A DNA stretch of 59,284 nucleotides, taken from positions 1-59,284 of the IMG/VR virus record IMGVR_UViG_3300037119_007415; one strand, 5' to 3'. The notes under the pieces were generated by a model. It was given only the letters and a program-made list of their open reading frames with translations. It did not search any database and was not told the origin of the DNA. This document shows, in pieces, positions 53,967-59,284 of the stretch. The stretch comes from a virus (lineage: Duplodnaviria; Caudoviricetes). How positions within the stretch are numbered: the first letter of the stretch is position 1; each line of letters starts with the position of its first letter. The translations under genes were made by a program, and so were the position numbers.

Positions 53967-54151
53967 GGCTGGCTGGCCTTTCGCTGTGGGTTGTTGATGC
54001 GGATCTCGATCAGGGCTTCGGTGACCATCGACGTCAGATCGTCGTCGGTCATCGAGCCCTCACCGTTGAGCCGACGTCGCACGTGGTGCAGCGTCAACTC
54101 GATGAACGCGCGCGATGCCCTCGGCATCGTGTGCGTGTCGCGTGTCGTCAT
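53963..54151 (-). CDS. Small hypothetical protein
   Basis: ATGA-coupled. Confidence 0.5.
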   Translation of the reverse strand: MTTRDTHTMPRASRAFIELTLHHVRRRLNGEGSMTDDDLTSMVTEALIEIRINNPQRKASQP

Positions 54152-54306
54152 CGGCGTCGCTCCAACATGGGCAGGACCGTTGCTGTCAGATACACGGCTT
54201 CGCCGCACGCGGGGCACTCGAACACGCCCTCGCTGTGGGTCGGTCGCAACGTCACGTCGACGTTGTGGCGCAGACACGTGCGGTGTGTCTCGTACTTCCC
54301 GAACAT
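54148..54306 (-). CDS. Small Zn-ribbon-like protein (52 aa)
   Basis: My own translation MFGKYETHRTCLRH...FECPACGE... Confidence 0.55.
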   Translation of the reverse strand: MFGKYETHRTCLRHNVDVTLRPTHSEGVFECPACGEAVYLTATVLPMLERRR

Positions 54307-54307
54307 G

Positions 54308-54583
54308 TCATGCCTCCTCGTCTTCCCAGTCGTACGGGCGCACGGGCCCGCCGCTCATGTGCATATGGATGCGCCAGGCCTCGGCGTCGACGACGACGAT
54401 CTGCGCCGACACGGTGTCGTCGACATAGACCCACTCGCCCGTGTACGCCGACGCCGTGTTGAGCGGGACACGCTCGATGGCGGCATAGCGCCGTTGCACG
54501 TGACGCATCCAACGGCCGACGACCGACCCGAGGAGGAGGGTCGCCGGGATCGACAACGCGATGAGCACCGTCGTCGTGCTCAT
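54308..54583 (-). CDS. Small membrane protein
   Basis: N-terminal TM; ATGA-coupled. Confidence 0.55.
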   Translation of the reverse strand: MSTTTVLIALSIPATLLLGSVVGRWMRHVQRRYAAIERVPLNTASAYTGEWVYVDDTVSAQIVVVDAEAWRIHMHMSGGPVRPYDWEDEEA

Positions 54584-54873
54584 GCCGCGACGACCCGACG
54601 GCGAAACGCCTGGCGCATGTTGCGCACGGCGAACTGGTCGAGACGCGTCAGGCCCGTGTCGATGGCCTCGCAGTAGAACGTGCGGACCCACGCCGTTGCC
54701 TCGTGTGTCGGGACACCGCCGAGGAGGACGGCGGCGATGGCGTGGGCGTTGGCTCGCACCATCCCGTCGATGTAGTCGGTGTCTGATGCGTCGGTGGCCG
54801 TCGCCTGGCGGAACCGTTCGGCGAGTCGGATCTGCTCGGCACCGAGAACTGCCAGCATCTCGGCGCCGGTCAT
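54580..54873 (-). CDS. Hypothetical protein
   Basis: ATGA-coupled; MTGAEMLAVLG... Confidence 0.55.
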   Translation of the reverse strand: MTGAEMLAVLGAEQIRLAERFRQATATDASDTDYIDGMVRANAHAIAAVLLGGVPTHEATAWVRTFYCEAIDTGLTRLDQFAVRNMRQAFRRRVVAA

Positions 54874-55148
54874 GACGACGCTCGCTTCCACCGTCGCGCG
54901 CCGGACTTCGCCGGGGTGTCGATGACGTACCCGCCGAGCTTCATCAACAGTTCGGCGATGACAACGCGGTGCGGGTTGCGTTGCACCTGATGCGGCTGGG
55001 CCACCGCACACTGCGAGAACGTCGTGATCCCACCGAAGTGCAGGCGGGCGTCGGGCACGTTGTCCCAGACGTCTTCCATCGCCTCGCGCGTCATCTCTCG
55101 GTCCTCGGCGAACCGTTCCCAGTAGCTGTGGAGGTCTGTCGGTTTCAT
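54870..55148 (-). CDS. Hypothetical protein
   Basis: RBS AAGGAG precedes MKPTDLHSYW... Confidence 0.6.
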   Translation of the reverse strand: MKPTDLHSYWERFAEDREMTREAMEDVWDNVPDARLHFGGITTFSQCAVAQPHQVQRNPHRVVIAELLMKLGGYVIDTPAKSGARRWKRASS

Positions 55149-55384
55149 TCGCTGTGCTCCTTGTAGACGTTGTTCGGATAGTGATGCTCGTACCAGGCCC
55201 GTTCGGCACCGTTCGGTGCCGGCGTGGTGAGCCACAAGCAGTCGGGCTTGCAGCCGGGGAACCGGTCCATCAACACGCCGAGGTCGAGAGCGAAGTGCCC
55301 GCCGTCCTCGGTCGTCGAGTAGCCGTCGAGCGTCCCGCGCCGCGCGAGGCGGACCGGGATCTTTCGGACCTTCACCTGACCCAT
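55145..55384 (-). CDS. Hypothetical protein
   Basis: RBS AAGGAG precedes MGQVKVRKIP... Confidence 0.55.
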   Translation of the reverse strand: MGQVKVRKIPVRLARRGTLDGYSTTEDGGHFALDLGVLMDRFPGCKPDCLWLTTPAPNGAERAWYEHHYPNNVYKEHSE

Positions 55385-56517
55385 GCGTTGACTCTCTCCT
55401 TCGTTCGTAGCGGCTTGTCCTCCGGTCCCTTGATGTGCGGCGACACGAACGTCAGTCGACGCTCGGCCCGTCCCACACCGCACGCCTGCCAGCGCCAATG
55501 CCCCGTGACGTACCAGCGGTGATCGTGCTCCCGGCGACCGTGGGTGCCGTCGAGCTCACCGCCGTCGGGATGGACAACTCGAGGTCGGCGCAACGTGACG
55601 ATCTGCACGGCCGAGTCTGATGTGACCCCGGCTCGTGTCGCCCGTCGTTGTGCTGCACGTTCACGGTGGACCGTGCGTGACGTGACGCCCTCCTGCCGTA
55701 CGAGGGTCCACAGCGCGGCCATGACCTTCCGGTCCTCGACGAACGACGCTCGTGCGTTGTCCGTCATCGGCCAGGGCTCCCGGTCGATCCGGTCGGCCAT
55801 CGGCCAGTCGGATCGTCCGATCGGGACCCAGATGTCGCCGAACAGGCGGCCCATGACCTGGACCCGTTCGTTGGGGTCGCCGGGGATCTCGATCGTCCCG
55901 TCGTCGATGTGAGCCTTCCACTCGGGGACCGGCATCGGCGGCGTGTACGGCGGGCCCGTCGACAACTGCAAGACCTCGAAGTTCGAGATGTCGAGCAGGC
56001 CGTTGGCAACGGCGAGTGACAGTTCGGTCGGGGATAGGCCGTTGTCGGCGTTGAGCCGACGGTACGACGAGAACGACGCGCACACGACGCCTTCGCCGAG
56101 GGGCTGGTCCCCACGTTCGGGGATGGGCGGGAGGTTGGATCCGCCCCACAACATGGCGTCGACGGTGACGACGTTGTCGGGGTCGTCGGTGTCGATGCCC
56201 TGCCACGGCTTCTCGAACACGACGAGCCCGGCAGGCGACAACGGTGGGGCGTCGTCGTGTGTGGCGTCGTCGGGGATCCCTGCGGCGACGGCGAGGAGGA
56301 GGTCGACCATGTCGGCCGACACCCACCAGAGATCCGCACGGCGCAGCGTGTCCCGTTCCCACGACACGTGGGCTCGCCAGTCCTGATGCCGCAGCGGGTG
56401 CATGGATGCTCGTGCCCGTGCGCCCGCGGCGAACGGACCGGCGTCGGTCCACTTCGACATCAGCCACGTGCGCAGATCGGGTAGCTGCGCGGGGCCGTGG
56501 ACAACTGGCGCCGTCAT
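55372..56517 (-). CDS. Conserved-type actinophage protein with C-terminal HRW.V.GHWR...PH.KGP motif
   Basis: HRWYVTGHWRWQACG...RR..FVSPHIKGPEDKP. Confidence 0.7.
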   Translation of the reverse strand: MTAPVVHGPAQLPDLRTWLMSKWTDAGPFAAGARARASMHPLRHQDWRAHVSWERDTLRRADLWWVSADMVDLLLAVAAGIPDDATHDDAPPLSPAGLVVFEKPWQGIDTDDPDNVVTVDAMLWGGSNLPPIPERGDQPLGEGVVCASFSSYRRLNADNGLSPTELSLAVANGLLDISNFEVLQLSTGPPYTPPMPVPEWKAHIDDGTIEIPGDPNERVQVMGRLFGDIWVPIGRSDWPMADRIDREPWPMTDNARASFVEDRKVMAALWTLVRQEGVTSRTVHRERAAQRRATRAGVTSDSAVQIVTLRRPRVVHPDGGELDGTHGRREHDHRWYVTGHWRWQACGVGRAERRLTFVSPHIKGPEDKPLRTKERVNAWVR

Positions 56518-56846
56518 CACAGGCTCCCGTCGTATCGGTCGAAGTCCGCGGTGTGTTCGGCGCACATACGACGGCCCGCGTAGAGGCGGCCGTTCGCCGC
56601 CGACAACGAGTCGCATGCACGCATCGGGCAGAACAGGGCATCGCTCACACGTGCAGCGTCGTGCGCTGCCGCACGCTCGACGTCGTGCGCCACGGTGAAC
56701 GGGTGCGGGTCCACATCGTGGATCCAGACCTTCGAGTCGAGGCCTTGCACGCGTGTGATCGGCGCGCCGCACTCGGCGCACACCGGCACCGACTTAGCGC
56801 CGGGCCGGACCTGATGTGTGTGCACGGTGTCGGGCATCGTCACCAC
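56517..56846 (-). CDS. Cys/His-rich hypothetical protein
   Basis: CAECG...W.H...H; C....C...MCAEH. Confidence 0.6.
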   Translation of the reverse strand: MVTMPDTVHTHQVRPGAKSVPVCAECGAPITRVQGLDSKVWIHDVDPHPFTVAHDVERAAAHDAARVSDALFCPMRACDSLSAANGRLYAGRRMCAEHTADFDRYDGSL

Positions 56847-57259
56847 CCCACCTTCGTGTACGTCGCCGTCGAACCGTCGTGGTCGTTGATCACGATCTGC
56901 TCGACGTGTTCGGTCATCAACAGGCGGACGGGCTCGGGCATGTTCATGAAGCCGACGGTGTCGCCGAGGATCAGACGCCCGTCGATGTCACGCTGCTCGT
57001 AGCGCACGCCGAGGGTCGTGCCGTAGTCGAGGTCCATCAGGATCGAATGGCCGAGGGCCGCACGGAACACACGCTGGCGGCGGGGCTCGTCGATGTCACA
57101 GGGCCGGACAGGCTCGCTTGTGAGGGGCGCCGGGAGGCTCGCCGGGGTGTTGTCGTCGACGAGCGGTGCGTGGCTCCACGGGTCGTGTGCGTGGAGCGTG
57201 TCGGTGTCGGGGTCGTAGCTCACGAACCCGACGGCCTCGAATGGTGATCGGTCCTTCAT
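56840..57259 (-). CDS. Hypothetical protein
   Basis: RBS AAGGAG precedes ATG 57259. Confidence 0.65.
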   Translation of the reverse strand: MKDRSPFEAVGFVSYDPDTDTLHAHDPWSHAPLVDDNTPASLPAPLTSEPVRPCDIDEPRRQRVFRAALGHSILMDLDYGTTLGVRYEQRDIDGRLILGDTVGFMNMPEPVRLLMTEHVEQIVINDHDGSTATYTKVGW

Positions 57260-57291
57260 CTCTGTCTCCTTGTCGATGTCGCTGTGTGTCC

Positions 57292-57315
57292 TCACGTTAC
57301 GACGCGCACGTGACG
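57292..57315 (-). promoter_or_regulatory. Putative promoter (-10 TAACGT, CACGTG in spacer)
   Basis: TCACGTTACGACGCGCACGTGACG; near-identical to 27621-27644. Confidence 0.6.
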
Positions 57316-57345
57316 CGCCGACGTGATTCTGTCTCTGCGCGCGAA

Positions 57346-57375
57346 GAGCCCCGGCCGCTTCCCCGGCCGGGGCTC
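57346..57375 (-). terminator. Hairpin terminator after the DUF932 gene
   Basis: 12-bp perfect stem GAGCCCCGGCCG/CGGCCGGGGCTC followed by TTCGCG. Confidence 0.65.
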
Positions 57376-57392
57376 CTCCGCCGCGAGGCGGG

Positions 57393-58526
57393 CTAGTTGA
57401 ACTTCACGGACTCGGGGACCTTCGCCCCGGTCACGTCAGCGATGAGTGCCAGAGCCCCCCGCTTCGACATGTTGGGCTTCAACAGTGTGCGGGTCAACAA
57501 CACGTCGTTGTTCGACGCCTTGCGCACGTAGTCGGACCACTCGACGGCTGCATCGAGCAGACCCAACGCGTTGCCCCGATGACCGTCGGTCGTCGGCGAC
57601 TCGTTGTAGAGACGCATGAACGACACCCGGTCGCGGGCGATGTTCGCACGCTGCCGGTCGGTGATCAGTTCCGCCGAGGGCTCGGGGATGAACAGGTTGG
57701 TGAACAGCTTGACCTCGTCCTCGTCGATCCCTTCAAGGGCCAGCGCCTCGGCCAACTCGACCCACGCTGCGAACGACGACCGAAGACCCGACAGCGCCTC
57801 GATGGCTGCCGACACGTTCGCTTCCATGTCGCCGACGTGACGCCACACGTACTGATGCCCCGTCTGCTCGGCGAGCATCGCGGCCATCTGGTATGTGTTC
57901 CAGCACACGACACGCACCGGGGTGTAGATCAGCTTCGCCGCACCGCCTCCGGTGAAGTCGTTGAGGATCGAGAAGTACGGGATCGTGTCGGTGTCGTCGC
58001 CCGCGATTGCCATGGGCTCGTCGAGCTTCATGACGACGGCGACCTGCTCGCCGCCCTTCACGCTGATGGCCGTGTCGTACATCGCTCCCTGTCCGGCGAG
58101 GGCTTCGGCGATGCGTCCCATCTGCTCGATGTAGAGCGGGGAGTACGACGGCGACACAGAGCCAAGCTCGGCCTCGGTGTCGTTGCGGATCAGGCTGCAC
58201 GCCTTCGTCGACGGGATGAACCCCTCGATGTCGACGTCGGCGGTGTGGACGTACGTGACGCCGTCGCCGTCAGCGTCGACCCACGTGGCCCGCCCGTCGA
58301 GAGGTGCGAGCGGGACGAAGCCCGCGGGGATCTCATCGGTCGCCGTGACCGTCGTGCGTCGGAACGTGGGGACCATCTCGACGTCCCACTCCAACCCCGC
58401 CGCCTTGCGTGCTTTCTCCCATGACGGGCGGCCGTCGTCGTCGACGGGTGCTTCCATCAGCAGGTTCTCCTTGCGGTGCCACGACGCCTCGCGCACACAG
58501 AACCCGGACTCGAAATAGTCAGCCAT
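57393..58526 (-). CDS. DUF932/DUF945-family phage/plasmid protein
   Basis: WH; AGLEWDV; R.D....LG.VS..Y; TA....GG..V; Y....N...G......TPVRVVC.NT. Confidence 0.88.
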   Translation of the reverse strand: MADYFESGFCVREASWHRKENLLMEAPVDDDGRPSWEKARKAAGLEWDVEMVPTFRRTTVTATDEIPAGFVPLAPLDGRATWVDADGDGVTYVHTADVDIEGFIPSTKACSLIRNDTEAELGSVSPSYSPLYIEQMGRIAEALAGQGAMYDTAISVKGGEQVAVVMKLDEPMAIAGDDTDTIPYFSILNDFTGGGAAKLIYTPVRVVCWNTYQMAAMLAEQTGHQYVWRHVGDMEANVSAAIEALSGLRSSFAAWVELAEALALEGIDEDEVKLFTNLFIPEPSAELITDRQRANIARDRVSFMRLYNESPTTDGHRGNALGLLDAAVEWSDYVRKASNNDVLLTRTLLKPNMSKRGALALIADVTGAKVPESVKFN

Positions 58527-58628
58527 GACGATGTCTCCTTGTTGTCGCTGCGTCACGTCACCGGACGGTGATCGTGATCGTGGGTGTCCACGGCTCGAAC
58601 GTGGAATGCCTGCCAGCCACCCGGCCGT

Positions 58629-59282
58629 TCACTTCTTCGCCGACGCCTTCGGGCGAGGCGTGACCTGCTTCGCCGCGGCCTTGCGAGCCGATGCGGGCTG
58701 ACCCTTCGCCGGGGCCTTCGGAAGAAGAGCGGCGAGAGCCTTCGTCGTGGGCGTCTTCTTTGCGGGCTGCGGTGCAGCGCCGACGGGTCGCCCCATCTTC
58801 TTCGCTGCCGTGACCCTGGCGGCCTCGACCGTCGCCTTCGATGCGGCGGCCTTCGGCTTGGCACCGTTCGTTGCCGGCGTCTTCGTGGTCGCCGTCTTCG
58901 GCTTCGAGGTCGACGACTTCGGCTTCGCCTCGTTGACCCAGAGGCCGTTCGCCTCGTCGACGAGTTGGAGCGTGACGCCGTTCGACAACGTCACCGGCCC
59001 CCACGGTTCGGACAGGTCGGTGATCCCGTGCTTCTTCGTGAGGAGGACCCGAAGCTCGTCGACGGTGAGCTTGTCGTTCTTCGGGTCGATCCCCTTCGTG
59101 AAGTGAAAGGCCATCGACGACAGCCTGTTCCCTCCGTCGGCGATGCGCCGACCGTTCTTCACGTACCGCAGTGTGCTGCGCACGGCTGAGCCCCGGGTGG
59201 AGCCCTCGCCGTTGCGGCGTGTCTTGGTCGTGGTGGTCATGATGATCCGTCCTCCTTCAATCCAACGGCGCAACCGTTGTTC
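58629..59282 (-). CDS. C-terminal part of the junction-spanning ORF; internal RBS and ATG 59240 could give a 203-aa protein with an H1-like Lys/Ala/Pro tail
   Basis: GAAGGAGG precedes ATG 59240; tail KPKSSTSKPKTATTKTPA...KAAAK...PKASAKK. Confidence 0.8.
   Translation of the reverse strand, partial: EQRLRRWIEGGRIIMTTTTKTRRNGEGSTRGSAVRSTLRYVKNGRRIADGGNRLSSMAFHFTKGIDPKNDKLTVDELRVLLTKKHGITDLSEPWGPVTLSNGVTLQLVDEANGLWVNEAKPKSSTSKPKTATTKTPATNGAKPKAAASKATVEAARVTAAKKMGRPVGAAPQPAKKTPTTKALAALLPKAPAKGQPASARKAAAKQVTPRPKASAKK
59158..59282. repeat. Terminal direct repeat, right copy
   Basis: Identical to 4-128. Confidence 0.95.
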
Positions 59283-59284
59283 CT

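Noticed and set aside
1-59284. Lysogeny module, introns/inteins, alternative genetic code
   Set aside because: No integrase or CI-like repressor motifs were recognised; core genes are uninterrupted; TAG, TAA and TGA all act as stops at sensible gene ends.

Overview
The window is an apparently complete, circularly permuted, high-GC tailed-phage genome of about 59.15 kb; bases 4-128 are repeated at 59158-59282. It is most likely a siphovirus-type phage of an actinobacterium. Almost all genes lie on the minus strand. Recognisable modules are: (i) a 7-deazaguanine DNA-modification operon (ParB-like gene, dpdA, queC, queD, queE, folE); (ii) host-dependent replication and recombination genes (initiator with internal iterons, helicase-loader-like protein, HNH, ERF, divergent Gam-like); (iii) terminase small and large subunits separated by small genes, then a dispersed lysis region; (iv) a head-tail module resembling mycobacteriophage cluster B (maturation protease, hexamer- and pentamer-type capsid proteins, major tail protein, frameshifted tail chaperone, tape measure); (v) many glycan-active genes (GH16, GH5-like, esterase plus four CBMs, SLT lipoprotein, TagF-like transferase). 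I saw no integrase, repressor, DNA polymerase, canonical tRNA or CRISPR array. The most unusual items are a portal-MuF-HExxH metallopeptidase fusion followed by a small acidic candidate inhibitor gene, a ~500-nt structured non-coding leader with a tRNA T-loop, a junction-spanning ORF joining a C2H2 zinc finger to a histone-H1-like tail, and a set of regulatory motifs (CACGTG-centred promoter palindromes, leaderless -10 boxes, a shared start-associated sequence, a multi-hairpin capsid leader). All family assignments come from motif recognition by eye, not database searches.
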